Part shown: one piece after another, positions 37,064 to 46,798 of the stretch
Numbering within the stretch: the stretch's first letter is position 1
Layout of the letters: each line of letters opens with the position of its first letter
Origin: an uncultured Gammaproteobacteria bacterium
GTDB taxonomy: Bacteria; Patescibacteriota; Microgenomatia; Daviesbacterales; UBA10151
Direction of reading: 5' to 3'
Assembly (NCBI GenBank): GCA_964504665.1
Contig: CAZDEH010000003.1
Span: 1,140-65,139, forward strand
DNA length: 64,000 bases
Translations under genes and position numbers: made by a program
Notes under the pieces: model-generated
The model's database searches: none
What the model was told of the DNA's origin: nothing
What the model saw: only the letters and a program-made list of their open reading frames with translations

Positions 37064-38059
37064 TCATTTTCCTTTTCCTTTGATTTTTCTCCACACTAAA
37101 TTTAAATCAAACTTAAGAAAATATAACGAGGCAGTTCCTAAGATTGCCAGAACTATCAGCGTCAAGATATGGGCAAAAACTGTGCCTGCTGAAGCAACAT
37201 CAGCATTAATACCTAACACACCTCCAAATACTGCTAAACCTGCTGCTTCAGCTGAACCAATAAAACCAGGGGCAGATGGCATTAAATAGGTAAAAGCATT
37301 TAAGGCGTTACCCAAAATTCCCTGACTTAAACTAAAATCAGGCATAAATTGACGGAAACAGACCAGCATTAAAAATCCATCTGAGGTTGCCGCCAAAAAA
37401 CTTAAGAATATAAATAAAGCTAGTTCTTTGGGATGACGATCTAAGACTTCAAACCCTTCAATAATTGTCACACTAAAATTAACGAATTTTTGCTTCAAAC
37501 TTGGGAATATTAAAACTCCGCTGACAAGCTTTATTAGTTTTTTGAGATTATGTGATTTTTTAACAGCCATGGTTAATAGAACCATTAAAACAATAAAAAT
37601 CAGTGAAATTACTTTGAAAAAATCAGCAGGTAAATTTGTTGGCACAAAATTAATAAATACCACCACTATCATGACAAACGTTAGAAAATCCATGAAACGG
37701 TCGATAAATATCCAAGTTAAAGTTTTAGCAAAAGGAACTTTAAATTGATGTGATAAATAAACGCTTTTAGCAATCTCCCCTGCCCTGATAGGAATCAGCA
37801 GAGATAAAAACTGACTCAAAAAATTTAACAGCCATAAATCTTTCCAAGCCAAATTTGGTATATTAAGTATTTTTTGGAGTCTTAAGGCCTTAAACCCTGC
37901 GGAAGCCACAAAGAACAATAAGAAAGGAAAAATTACACTCGGGCTGGCTGAAAACACTTTGGCCAAAACATCACCTAAATTAACAAACCTACTCCAAATA
38001 ATAATCAGCACAACACCTAAAATGGTGTTTAAAACAATCTTGGGAAGAATTTGCCTCAT
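37064..38059 (-). CDS. UPF0104/lysylphosphatidylglycerol-synthase-TM-like (flippase-like) membrane protein
   Basis: 8-TM protein; N-terminal KIVLNTILGVVLIIIWSRFVNLGDVL...FKALRLQKIL pattern typical of the family. Confidence 0.45.
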   Translation of the reverse strand: MRQILPKIVLNTILGVVLIIIWSRFVNLGDVLAKVFSASPSVIFPFLLFFVASAGFKALRLQKILNIPNLAWKDLWLLNFLSQFLSLLIPIRAGEIAKSVYLSHQFKVPFAKTLTWIFIDRFMDFLTFVMIVVVFINFVPTNLPADFFKVISLIFIVLMVLLTMAVKKSHNLKKLIKLVSGVLIFPSLKQKFVNFSVTIIEGFEVLDRHPKELALFIFLSFLAATSDGFLMLVCFRQFMPDFSLSQGILGNALNAFTYLMPSAPGFIGSAEAAGLAVFGGVLGINADVASAGTVFAHILTLIVLAILGTASLYFLKFDLNLVWRKIKGKGK

Positions 38060-38100
38060 CTGGAGATTATACTTTATTTGTGCTAATCTTAAAATAAACT

Positions 38101-39066
38101 ATGCCAGGCTTAACAAAAACTCAGATCATTGGTTTGATCGGTTTCTTATTAATATTAATCAGCATCCCAATTTCCTTCTCTTTAGCCAAGAGATCCCAAA
38201 TTTTCCGCTCCCGGGCATCTGAATTAAAAACTACTGCTACAACCACCGGAACAGTTTCCGGAACAGTGACAAAATCCCGCGAAGTTCCTGCTTCTTCCCC
38301 CCTGACTGATTTACAAAAATTACTACAGGGAGAATCCCCAACCCCAGACAGTACTACAAACCCAAGTATTTCCCCTACTCCCACATCTGAAGTTAGCCTG
38401 GCTTTCGGGCCAACTTTAAATCTTAAGGTTTCTATCGAAGGTAGGCCTGAAGCTAAACAATCAGATAGAATATTTATCGGTATTGCTTCAAACAGTACTG
38501 CTCCCCCAACATACATTTTGACTTTCACTATCGATATGCCTGATTCAGGAATATTTAAAGGTATCTCCCTGGCAGGTCTAAATCCGGGTTCTCAGTATAC
38601 AGCTTTTATCAAAGGAACATCACAAATTGACGTTTCCTCAACTTTTACCATGGATCCAACAGAAAGCAATCTTAATAATGATCAACCAATAACCTTAATT
38701 TCCGGTGACTTAAATGAGGATAATACTATCAATACTACAGATTATTCTCTTGCCCAAAACCTATATGGCACTACATCATCTTCCAGTAATTGGAATGCCC
38801 GAGCTGATTTTAACAAGGATAATATAATTAATAACTATGACCTGGCTATTATTTCTAAAAATATAGGCAAAGCAGGAGCATCTGGATCCTGGATTTCTTC
38901 CCCAAGGCCATCTACCCAATCAGCCTCATTAACTACTAAACCAGGTGTGGGTGGTCCACCTACAAATTTTGGTGATCTACTTTTATCATCCAGCCCCTCT
39001 GCCTCACCTACAGAACCATCTAATAATACTTCTAATTCTTCTAGTTATTGGCTACGGGTTCCATAA
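38101..39066 (+). CDS. membrane-anchored secreted protein with dockerin-like Ca-binding repeats
   Basis: GDLNEDNTINTTDYSL ... ADFNKDNIINNYDLAII (dockerin type I-like pair); Ser/Thr/Pro-rich. Confidence 0.45.
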   Translation: MPGLTKTQIIGLIGFLLILISIPISFSLAKRSQIFRSRASELKTTATTTGTVSGTVTKSREVPASSPLTDLQKLLQGESPTPDSTTNPSISPTPTSEVSLAFGPTLNLKVSIEGRPEAKQSDRIFIGIASNSTAPPTYILTFTIDMPDSGIFKGISLAGLNPGSQYTAFIKGTSQIDVSSTFTMDPTESNLNNDQPITLISGDLNEDNTINTTDYSLAQNLYGTTSSSSNWNARADFNKDNIINNYDLAIISKNIGKAGASGSWISSPRPSTQSASLTTKPGVGGPPTNFGDLLLSSSPSASPTEPSNNTSNSSSYWLRVP

Positions 39067-39173
39067 AAGAATTCTTAACTTGGACTTCAGCCGGATCTTG
39101 TAAACCCAGTCTTTTCCAAACGGTAAAATGCCTTGACAAATTTGGATTTGTGTAATACAGTATATACAATTGA

Positions 39174-39467
39174 ATGAAAGTTATCAAATCTGCTTTAGAG
39201 TTTGTATGGGATAAAGGAAATAGTGGAAAAAACTTAAAACATAAAGTAGAAGATCAGGAAGCAGAGGAACCGTTTCTTGATGAAAATAAAGTAATTTACA
39301 AAGATCTACTCCCCTCTGAAAAGGAGAACCGGTTTATTTTAGTTGGAAAGAGCAAACAAGACAGATTATTATTTATATCTTTTACATATAGAAATAATAA
39401 AATTAGAATAATTTCAGCAAGAGATATTAATAGAAAGGAGGTGTCAATTTATGAAAAAGCCATTTAA
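39174..39467 (+). CDS. brnT: BrnT-family ribonuclease toxin (DUF497)
   Basis: FVWDKGNSGKNLKHKV...RIISARDINRKE signature. Confidence 0.7.
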   Translation: MKVIKSALEFVWDKGNSGKNLKHKVEDQEAEEPFLDENKVIYKDLLPSEKENRFILVGKSKQDRLLFISFTYRNNKIRIISARDINRKEVSIYEKAI

Positions 39468-39717
39468 ATTACCTAAATTTAAAAACGAAGATGAGGAAAG
39501 AGAATTTTGGTGGAAGATAGATCTTTCCGAATATTTTGAGCCTTCAGATTTTGAAAGAGTAAGTTTTCCAAACTTAAAACCTACTTCAAGATCTATTTCT
39601 ATTAGAATTCCAGAATATCTTTTAAATAGAGTTAAAGAGAAGGCTAACCAGATCAATATTCCTTACCAATCTCTAATCAAGGAATATATTCAAAAAGGAG
39701 TTTTTTCTAATGAGTAG
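39451..39717 (+). CDS. brnA: BrnA-family antitoxin (CopG/RHH-like)
   Basis: ISIRIPEYLLNRVKEKANQINIPYQSLIKEYIQKGV; overlaps brnT by 17 nt, in the toxin-first order typical of brnTA. Confidence 0.6.
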   Translation: MKKPFKLPKFKNEDEEREFWWKIDLSEYFEPSDFERVSFPNLKPTSRSISIRIPEYLLNRVKEKANQINIPYQSLIKEYIQKGVFSNE

Positions 39718-39802
39718 GCCGAGATACATCGATAACATTTCTAAGTTAGATGTATTTATTAATAAATACACTATACAATCCTAAAAGCATCCTAAAAACG
39801 CT

Positions 39803-40306
39803 ATGTCATCAGAGAATAGATTAGTTAGAATACAAGAAATATTAGCAAGAAGAGAAGAACTTATTCCGCTGCTTGATCCAGCAAATGTTATAACAAGAGA
39901 TAAAGCAGCTGTATTTCGACAGATGGAGGAACAGGCTGCTATGGATGTTACATCGGAATTAAAAATAATTGTCGCACCATATGCAACTACTATTCATGCA
40001 ATGATTGCTGATAAATTACATCATCCAGAGGATATTCTTGTGAGAGATAAGGATAAACGTATCCAATTTTCAATGGTAAGTTCAGATCCCGATTTTATAA
40101 CCTTAGTCACCATGAAGTTACAGCAAATTAAAATGTCAGAGAAAAAAGAATTAATATGTAAAGAAGTTGTTTTTGGGGAAATTCCAACGAGCTGTTTTAC
40201 TCCATTTACAGAAAATTTTATAGACGTTCGATTTTTGAACCAATTATGTACGATTTACACTGGTACCATTATATACCTCAATTTTTTAAATATCTTACTA
40301 CAATAG
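39803..40306 (+). CDS. hypothetical protein
   Basis: ORF only. Confidence 0.3.
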   Translation: MSSENRLVRIQEILARREELIPLLDPANVITRDKAAVFRQMEEQAAMDVTSELKIIVAPYATTIHAMIADKLHHPEDILVRDKDKRIQFSMVSSDPDFITLVTMKLQQIKMSEKKELICKEVVFGEIPTSCFTPFTENFIDVRFLNQLCTIYTGTIIYLNFLNILLQ

Positions 40307-40617
40307 CTTTCTCAAAAACAGGTTCTCTTGATTTTATCTTTTATGATAATGGGGAAATGAGATACCACCCTACTTTTTATACACTTGCAAAAGATAGGTT
40401 TATCTCAGGGTCTGTTTCTCAAAGAGCTGTTAATAGTAAATACGGCACTGATTATAGACAGGATACTGAATATAGATATCGATACTGCCAAGATGGTTTG
40501 TTTCGTCGTGAACCAGTTACCAATGAAACTCTAACAATACAAGAAGAGGTTGGTACTATTCTCCTACAGTTACCTTTTACAGGCTTTGATGTTTCCTCGT
40601 TTAGACAACTAAAATAA
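40246..40617 (+). CDS. hypothetical protein
   Basis: ORF only. Confidence 0.25.
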   Translation: MYDLHWYHYIPQFFKYLTTIAFSKTGSLDFIFYDNGEMRYHPTFYTLAKDRFISGSVSQRAVNSKYGTDYRQDTEYRYRYCQDGLFRREPVTNETLTIQEEVGTILLQLPFTGFDVSSFRQLK

Positions 40618-40685
40618 TACAAACAAAAAAACAAACAAAAACCGTATTGACATTTTTATAAGCTGAATAATATACTTAATAAAAT

Positions 40686-41210
40686 ATGAGCGCTGAAAAT
40701 AGAAGTGAAGAATTAACTGTTATTATTATGGGGTCTGGTGGTGATGAAAAGCACGCTGATGTAATAGCAGCGGTTATGCAAAAATTTGGAGTAGATTATG
40801 TCAAAAGGGTAGGCTCTGCTCATAAAACTCCTAAGCATGTTTTAGGAATAGTAAACAAATATGATGCTTTAGTAGATAGACGAATCGCTTATATTACCGT
40901 CGCAGGTCGAGCTGATGCCTTAAGTGCTTTTGTGGATGGCGCTTCTTCCAATCCTGTCACCGCAGCTCCTCCTTATGGTGAAAAATATGCCGGGCAGGAT
41001 GTTTTATCCTCACTACGGGTTCCTTCTGGTATTGGCACTGCTGTTTGTATTGAAGCAGAAGCTGCTGCTTTACATACAATAAAAATATTTGCCTTAAGCA
41101 ACCCCAAACTCAGACATGCTTTAGATGAGTACCACCTACAGTCTGCTCTTAAAGTTACTTCTGCTGATGCTAGAATGCAGGTACAAAATCAAACTAGAGG
41201 AGTTGAATAA
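40686..41210 (+). CDS. PurE/AIR-carboxylase-family protein
   Basis: VIIMGSGGDEKHADV, SAHKTP, ITVAGRADAL, VPSGIGTAVCIEAEAAAL parallel PurE-fold motifs. Confidence 0.5.
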   Translation: MSAENRSEELTVIIMGSGGDEKHADVIAAVMQKFGVDYVKRVGSAHKTPKHVLGIVNKYDALVDRRIAYITVAGRADALSAFVDGASSNPVTAAPPYGEKYAGQDVLSSLRVPSGIGTAVCIEAEAAALHTIKIFALSNPKLRHALDEYHLQSALKVTSADARMQVQNQTRGVE

Positions 41211-41246
41211 ATTCTGGTCTTAAGTGTAAAAAACCGCTAAAATCCA

Positions 41247-41275
41247 TTGACAATTGTTACTCTTACTAGTACAAT
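41247..41275 (+). promoter_or_regulatory. sigma70-like promoter TTGACA-17-TACAAT for rplJ-rplL
   Basis: -35 at 41247-41252, -10 at 41270-41275. Confidence 0.55.
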
Positions 41276-41289
41276 ATCAAAGCTTAAGA

Positions 41290-41431
41290 AAGTGAGCATG
41301 TTATAAGTCTCACCGAGGCGAATGAAATAGCTATCAGTCATCAGCTATCAGCTTTCAGATATCTTTTTTGTCTGAAGACTGAAGACTGACTACTGAAGAC
41401 TACCAAATACCTCGCTTAAGCGGGGTTTTTT
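41290..41431 (+). promoter_or_regulatory. rplJ leader: a long imperfect inverted repeat plus a terminal GC hairpin/T-run attenuator
   Basis: tcagtcatcagctatcagctttcag opposes ctgaagactgaagactgactactgaagac; cctcgcttaagcgggg + TTTTTT at 41410-41431, 10 nt before the rplJ ATG. Confidence 0.45.
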
Positions 41432-41440
41432 AATATCAAA

Positions 41441-41971
41441 ATGAAGACAAGAGCACAAAAAGAAGAATCTGTAAAAAATCTGACTGAAAAGTTCAGGTCT
41501 GCTAAATCTGTAGTTTTTACAGATTATCGTGGGATGACTATGAGTCAACTGTCAAACCTTCGCAATAAACTTACTGAGGCTGATGCACAATTTATTATTA
41601 CTAAAAATACTCTGGTAGATATTTCTTTAAAAGCAGCAGGACTCTTTGGTAAGTCTAATAATATTGCCAAAGGACCTACTGCTACTTTATTTAGTTTTAA
41701 TGATGAAATTTTACCTATCAAAACACTGGCAAAAGCACTACAAGACAACCAAGTAGGTAAATTTAAGGGTGGATTTTTAAACGGAGAATTTATGGAGGCT
41801 CTATCTATTACTAGACTAGCTGAACTGCCAAGTAAACTAGAATTACAAGCCAAAATTGTTGGTTCACTCTCTTCTCCACTTTATGGAATGGTGAATGTCC
41901 TTCAAGGTAACCTAAGAAATTTAGTATATGCACTCGATCAAATTAGAATCTCGAAAGGTGGTGAACTTTAG
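41441..41971 (+). CDS. rplJ: ribosomal protein L10
   Basis: [41 protein letters not shown]; ends with TAG. Confidence 0.85.
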   Translation: MKTRAQKEESVKNLTEKFRSAKSVVFTDYRGMTMSQLSNLRNKLTEADAQFIITKNTLVDISLKAAGLFGKSNNIAKGPTATLFSFNDEILPIKTLAKALQDNQVGKFKGGFLNGEFMEALSITRLAELPSKLELQAKIVGSLSSPLYGMVNVLQGNLRNLVYALDQIRISKGGEL

Positions 41972-41975
41972 ATAT

Positions 41976-42542
41976 ATGTCAGATGATACACAAGAAAATG
42001 TACAAGAAGAAAAAATTGAAGAAGCTGTAGAACAAGCAACTGAATCTGCTGAAGAAGCTAAAGAGGCTGTTGAAGAAGTTAAAGAAACAGTCGCAGAGAT
42101 TAAAGAGGAAATCAAAACAGACGCACCAAAAACTTCCAAAAAAGCTTCTAAAGCAGTTTCTAAAGACTTAGAAAAAATTATTGAGCAAATTGAAAAATTG
42201 ACAGTTTTAGAACTGGCTGATTTAGTTCATGCCTTAGAAGAAAAGTTTGGTGTGAGTGCCGCTGCTCCTATGGCAGTAGCTACTGCAGGCGCTGCTCCAG
42301 CTAATGGCGCAGAACCAGTGGAAGAAAAAACTACCTTTAATGTCATTTTAAGCTCTGGTGGAGCTAACAAAATAGCTGCTATTAAAGCAGTGAGAGAAAT
42401 TGTACCAACACTTGGCTTAAAAGAAGCGAAAGATTTAGTTGAAGCTGCTCCAAAACCAGTCTTAGAAAGTGTTAACAAAGCTACAGCTGAAGAAGCAAAG
42501 GCAAAATTAACAGCAGCTGGTGCAACCGTAGAATTACAGTAA
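41976..42542 (+). CDS. rplL: ribosomal protein L7/L12 with an acidic N-terminal extension
   Basis: [29 protein letters not shown] (NTD) and [29 protein letters not shown] (CTD); ATG at 41976 just after the rplJ stop. Confidence 0.8.
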   Translation: MSDDTQENVQEEKIEEAVEQATESAEEAKEAVEEVKETVAEIKEEIKTDAPKTSKKASKAVSKDLEKIIEQIEKLTVLELADLVHALEEKFGVSAAAPMAVATAGAAPANGAEPVEEKTTFNVILSSGGANKIAAIKAVREIVPTLGLKEAKDLVEAAPKPVLESVNKATAEEAKAKLTAAGATVELQ

Positions 42543-42555
42543 ACCTTGCAATCAA

Positions 42556-42609
42556 TTAAGCTTCTGGATATGAGTTTTTAGATCTAAAATCCATAACAGA
42601 AGCTTTTTT
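42556..42609 (+). terminator. possible terminator after rplL (aagcttctgga...tccataacagaagctt + TTTTT)
   Basis: 9-bp outer stem, long bulged interior, T-run. Confidence 0.4.
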
Positions 42610-42688
42610 GTATTTCTGAGGCTCCAATGAAAAATAGATTCTAAAACTGTTGACAAGTACCCTATAACATGGTAAGATTCTGACTATT

Positions 42689-43375
42689 ATGATTGAGAGA
42701 GCTTTTGAAGAAGCACAATTACATCAGGATAATAAAGGAAACGCTACTAGGCGGTTTGCTATTGAGCAAGCTTGGAATCTATTAAGAGCTGCTGGGGTAA
42801 CTGATCCTGCTATTACCGATCAGGCTGTAGCTACAAGACTCCAAAGAGCAGTAGAATCTCTATATTTTATCACTGAAGGATTGGGAGTAAGAAGCATTCT
42901 GGATATTGGGGGTAAGTCAGTAGATCGACTAGAAGCTGATGTCAAAAGGGTAAGAAATATAGGCGGATATGCTTCAGATGTGGTGCATAATCCTAAATTT
43001 ACGACTCTTGAGAAAGTTACACCCATAGAAATAATTAAACTACCAGTTTCTGCTTTAGGATTGGATGGTACTCCTACTACCAAACAAGTTCTTGGAAGAA
43101 TCCCACAATGTAGAGTAGGAGATATGGCTTTAGAGCTTTGTCCTGTAGAAGTAGGACTACATCTGGCGATAAAAGATACAGAACAACCTTTAAGTGACTG
43201 TTACTATATTATGCACGAACCAATTCCCGACCGTCACGGCTCTCCGCTCGTGTTCGGGCTGGAGCGTGACGCTCGCGGACTTTGGTTGAGCGTTTCTTGG
43301 GCTAGACCTGACCGCAGGTGGCTTCCTGAGTATCAGTTAGTTTGTGCTCTCCGAAGGTTGCAGTACTGCGTTTGA
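42689..43375 (+). CDS. hypothetical protein with visibly higher GC and a GC-rich 3' end
   Basis: ORF with Arg/Ala/Gly-rich composition, unlike its neighbours; preceded by a TTGACA-18-TAAGAT promoter (42649-42678); occupies the position where rpoB normally follows rplL. Confidence 0.4.
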   Translation: MIERAFEEAQLHQDNKGNATRRFAIEQAWNLLRAAGVTDPAITDQAVATRLQRAVESLYFITEGLGVRSILDIGGKSVDRLEADVKRVRNIGGYASDVVHNPKFTTLEKVTPIEIIKLPVSALGLDGTPTTKQVLGRIPQCRVGDMALELCPVEVGLHLAIKDTEQPLSDCYYIMHEPIPDRHGSPLVFGLERDARGLWLSVSWARPDRRWLPEYQLVCALRRLQYCV

Positions 43376-43867
43376 ACAATAAACTGTCTTAAGAAAAAGT
43401 ACTTTTCTTTTGGAATCTATCACATAAGGTACAGCATAAGCATATTCTTCTCTCTTTATTACCAATATTCTTTGGTAAGTATATTTTTTATTAGCATGTA
43501 TTAAATCATCTATTATCTTTTTTCTTCAATAGTAACGATAACATCCTCAAGCCCTATCTATCTCGTTTCTTTTAGTAACAGATTTTTCTCCTCAGAGAAC
43601 TCAATTCTATAACCTTAAAAAGGTTTCAAGCTTTGCTTATAACCTTTATAATTCACAAGTATATTATACTTTTTTGTACATACTTTATCAATACTAAAAG
43701 AGGAACTTCTTTAGTATTTCCCAGTAGCGTCATTGCGAGGAGGGAGTATCCAACCGACATGGCAATCTTCCGGGCAAAATGATTAATATCCTGCCATGGA
43801 AGATTCCTCGGTTGCACTCGGAATGACAAATCTGCCGGGAAGAACTAATTAGTTACTACAACGGAGG

Positions 43868-44821
43868 TTATGGAAGCAAACCGACATCTCTGAGGATTTT
43901 AGTGAGTTTTGAATAATCAAACACATTAACTACCCCATCTTGATTCATGTCTGCTTTCAGAGTACCTTGACCTTGACTACCCCAGGCAGAAAGAAGCACA
44001 CTTAAATCCTGCAAGTCTACTTTTGTGTCCTGATTAACATCTCCTTCCAGAGACCCTATTGGAGTAGGGGTTAAGGTAGGAGAAGGCAACACCTCTATCG
44101 TGGGAGTCACAGTTGATGAAGGAGATGCAATCGGCGTTTCCCCCAAAATTTTGATAGTGACTCCTGTTTTGGAAGATAAAATATTGGCATTATCCGAGTT
44201 TCGATAAATTGTGGAAGTATCATTAAAGGAAATAGTAGCCTCCCCAGGAGATTTAGGGGTAAAAATTACATCTGCCATAGCAGAACCGCTTGATTCAGGC
44301 TGTGACTGAAAACCAGGGTTAGGCACACCTCCTACTAAACTAACAGATCCGGTCTCGTTATCAATAGTGTTTTCCACCCAATTACTAATAAACCAATTTT
44401 TGATAAACCCACTTGCTGTGGCTTCTGATCGGAGGTCAATACTTTTAGCCTGAAGAATATTGTTGGGAAATTTTAATTTGGCTACAAATAGATTTGCACT
44501 GTCATTATCTGATTTAACTAAAACAGATACCTTAATTTGGCCTCCCAGGGTAGCTTCTGTAGGACTTGCATTTAAAATAAAGCTAGCACCGTGTGAGGAT
44601 ACCGGGGGCACCTGAGGCTCTTCCTGGGGCTTTGGCTTTGCTTTTAAAAAATATGCTGCACCTAAAATTACTATAAGAAGCAACAATATACCAACTGCCA
44701 GAATCATTTTTTTTGGAATAACAGCACTGGGTTTTTTCTTTATACCAGGATCTATGAGAGTTGTTTGGGGCAGTTGTTGATCCATTAATTTAAGTATAGG
44801 AGGCATGGCGTGGTTTCGCAA
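43868..44821 (-). CDS. membrane-anchored secreted protein with C-terminal dockerin-like repeats
   Basis: GDVNQDTKVDLQDLSVLL ... ADMNQDGVVNVFDYSKL; N-terminal TM. Confidence 0.45.
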   Translation of the reverse strand: MRNHAMPPILKLMDQQLPQTTLIDPGIKKKPSAVIPKKMILAVGILLLLIVILGAAYFLKAKPKPQEEPQVPPVSSHGASFILNASPTEATLGGQIKVSVLVKSDNDSANLFVAKLKFPNNILQAKSIDLRSEATASGFIKNWFISNWVENTIDNETGSVSLVGGVPNPGFQSQPESSGSAMADVIFTPKSPGEATISFNDTSTIYRNSDNANILSSKTGVTIKILGETPIASPSSTVTPTIEVLPSPTLTPTPIGSLEGDVNQDTKVDLQDLSVLLSAWGSQGQGTLKADMNQDGVVNVFDYSKLTKILRDVGLLP

Positions 44822-44912
44822 CTCTTTAAGATCCGGAACACTTTAATAGCTCTTTTGCGATCAATTAACTACTTTAAATATATCTTTTCTATCTAATATT
44901 AAGTTCTACTCT

Positions 44913-44941
44913 TGACACTGTCTGAAGATGTGTGATATAAA
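44913..44941 (+). promoter_or_regulatory. sigma70-like promoter TTGACA-17-TATAAA with extended -10 TGn
   Basis: -35 at 44913-44918; -10 at 44936-44941. Confidence 0.45.
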
Positions 44942-44951
44942 TTTTACTAGT

Positions 44952-45167
44952 ATGGCAGAGAAAATTTCACTCGAAAATCTCCCGGATTTATTAACAGTCA
45001 AAGAAGTAGCAGAAGTACTGCGTGTTTCTCCACTCACTATAAAAAGGTGGGGTAAAAGAGGAAAACTTCCTGCTATTAGAATCAATTCCAGAGGTGATAG
45101 AAGATATAAGAAAGAAGCTGTTCTTTGGCTCTTAGGAATTACTCAGAAAGTAGCTTCTGTTGTTTAA
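44952..45167 (+). CDS. small MerR/excisionase-type HTH DNA-binding protein
   Basis: LTVKEVAEVLRVSPLTIKRWGKRGKLPAIRINSRGDRRY. Confidence 0.55.
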   Translation: MAEKISLENLPDLLTVKEVAEVLRVSPLTIKRWGKRGKLPAIRINSRGDRRYKKEAVLWLLGITQKVASVV

Positions 45168-45445
45168 TTAAAACTATATAAAAAAGGGGGTTCTCTCAAA
45201 AAGACAGTTCGCTCACTTTAACTGACGGAATAATTCTTAGTGGCAAACCTGTCAAGGTCAGTTTTAGTAGCAAAAACTGTTTTTAAGTTTTTTAACATCA
45301 ATATCAGTAATCATAAAAAATAATATACCAAAAAAAAGTTGTAATATCCAAGAGAGACAAAAGAGATTAAAATTATTTGACTAAATCAGCACTCGGAATA
45401 ATATATTGCTAATACTACTAGATTAGATTTTTGGGAGAGTGTAAA

Positions 45446-45955
45446 CTACACCGTAGAGATCTGGGGATGGATATGATAGTTAGGATTTGGCTCAAATCCC
45501 ACCTCACCCTTTTTATCTATGATATAGTATGCCAAACCATGTTTATCTTTAATATCTTTTATACTATTTTCCTGTACCCCTAACGGTGAATTTTCAATCA
45601 CCACTAAATAATTTTTACCGACATTAGCAATAGTGTGTCCATACCCTGCGGGAATTTCAACTATGGATGTGGGTCTTAACCCCACTATTCTAATTTCTTT
45701 AGCTTCCCCATTATCATCATTTCTTTGCATAATCAAAACTCCTTGACCATATACAACATGATAAATTTCCACCTCTTTATAATTATGAAAGTGACCATAA
45801 ATTTTATTAAACTCTATTCCGTTAACACCAGGACTAATGATAATAATATTTTGTCCCCCTTCTCCGGATATTATAAAATACGGTTCTTTTACCCCCGGAG
45901 CTTTGTCATCCATTAGTACATCTTTAAGTTCTTGGTGAGTACAGGCAGTAATCAT
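45446..45955 (-). CDS. cupin-type glucose-6-phosphate isomerase-like protein
   Basis: YGHFHNYKEVEIYHVVYGQGVLIMQ matches the cPGI metal-binding GH.H....E.Y pattern. Confidence 0.5.
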   Translation of the reverse strand: MITACTHQELKDVLMDDKAPGVKEPYFIISGEGGQNIIIISPGVNGIEFNKIYGHFHNYKEVEIYHVVYGQGVLIMQRNDDNGEAKEIRIVGLRPTSIVEIPAGYGHTIANVGKNYLVVIENSPLGVQENSIKDIKDKHGLAYYIIDKKGEVGFEPNPNYHIHPQISTV

Positions 45956-45987
45956 TTCCTTACTATTTCAGCTTACACAAACCAAAT

Positions 45988-46701
45988 CTATTTAGTCAAG
46001 ACTAACCATAAAAATTTTATCAAAACAGATTGTCTTTTAACTCTCCACGGTTGAAGTATTAGTCTAAATAACCACTCCAAACCTAATACCCTCATCCCCC
46101 ATGGGGCTCTTAATACTTTTCCTGATAGATAATCAAAAGCGCCTCCTATCCCTATTGCCACTTTAACAGGCAATTTATCCAGGTTGTTAACGATCCACTT
46201 TTCCTGCTTAATATGACCAAAACCTACAAATAAAATATCTACACGTAATTTCCTGTGTTTATCACTGGAAAACAAGGCAGTCTCCTTACCATTCTTATCA
46301 ACCATAGGACCATCTTCTGCATATAATATCTTCAGTTTTTGATATTTTTTCCGTAAGCGCTCAGCAGCCTTCTTTGCTACTCCCTTTTTACCACCTAAAA
46401 AGCCTACACTAAAGCCCTTATCGGCTAAAACAAGACAAAGTTTTTCCATCAAATCAATACCAGTAGTGGTGTGTTTAATACTTCTTGATAACTTTAAACC
46501 TACCCCATCAGGAATAGCTAAATCAGCTCTGTTTAGAATCTCTTTAAATTCGGAATCTGTTTGGGCAGCCATAATAAATTCAGGATTTGGAGTAACTACA
46601 TATCTTTTTTTATCTGACTTCAACCAGTTTATCACTATATCAACGGCTTCCTTCAAAGAAACGTCGTCAATGTTTACTCCCAGAATATTTACTTTTTCCA
46701 T
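45988..46701 (-). CDS. WecB/TagA/CpsF-family (GT26) glycosyltransferase
   Basis: ILGVNIDDVSLKEAVDIV...YVVTPNPEFIMAAQTD...AIPDGVGL family signature. Confidence 0.7.
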   Translation of the reverse strand: MEKVNILGVNIDDVSLKEAVDIVINWLKSDKKRYVVTPNPEFIMAAQTDSEFKEILNRADLAIPDGVGLKLSRSIKHTTTGIDLMEKLCLVLADKGFSVGFLGGKKGVAKKAAERLRKKYQKLKILYAEDGPMVDKNGKETALFSSDKHRKLRVDILFVGFGHIKQEKWIVNNLDKLPVKVAIGIGGAFDYLSGKVLRAPWGMRVLGLEWLFRLILQPWRVKRQSVLIKFLWLVLTK

Positions 46702-46798
46702 TTTTAAACAGTATATTTATCTATTATACATTATACATTCTGACATATTTAATATATCTTGTGACATGGTGAATGCTAAGGTATAGTGCAAATGTATC

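Noticed and set aside
41545-42478. Antisense ORFs within rplJ/rplL (41545-41853, 41921-42139, 42227-42478)
   Set aside because: Overlap highly conserved ribosomal protein genes; Ala/Ser-rich artefacts of antisense translation.
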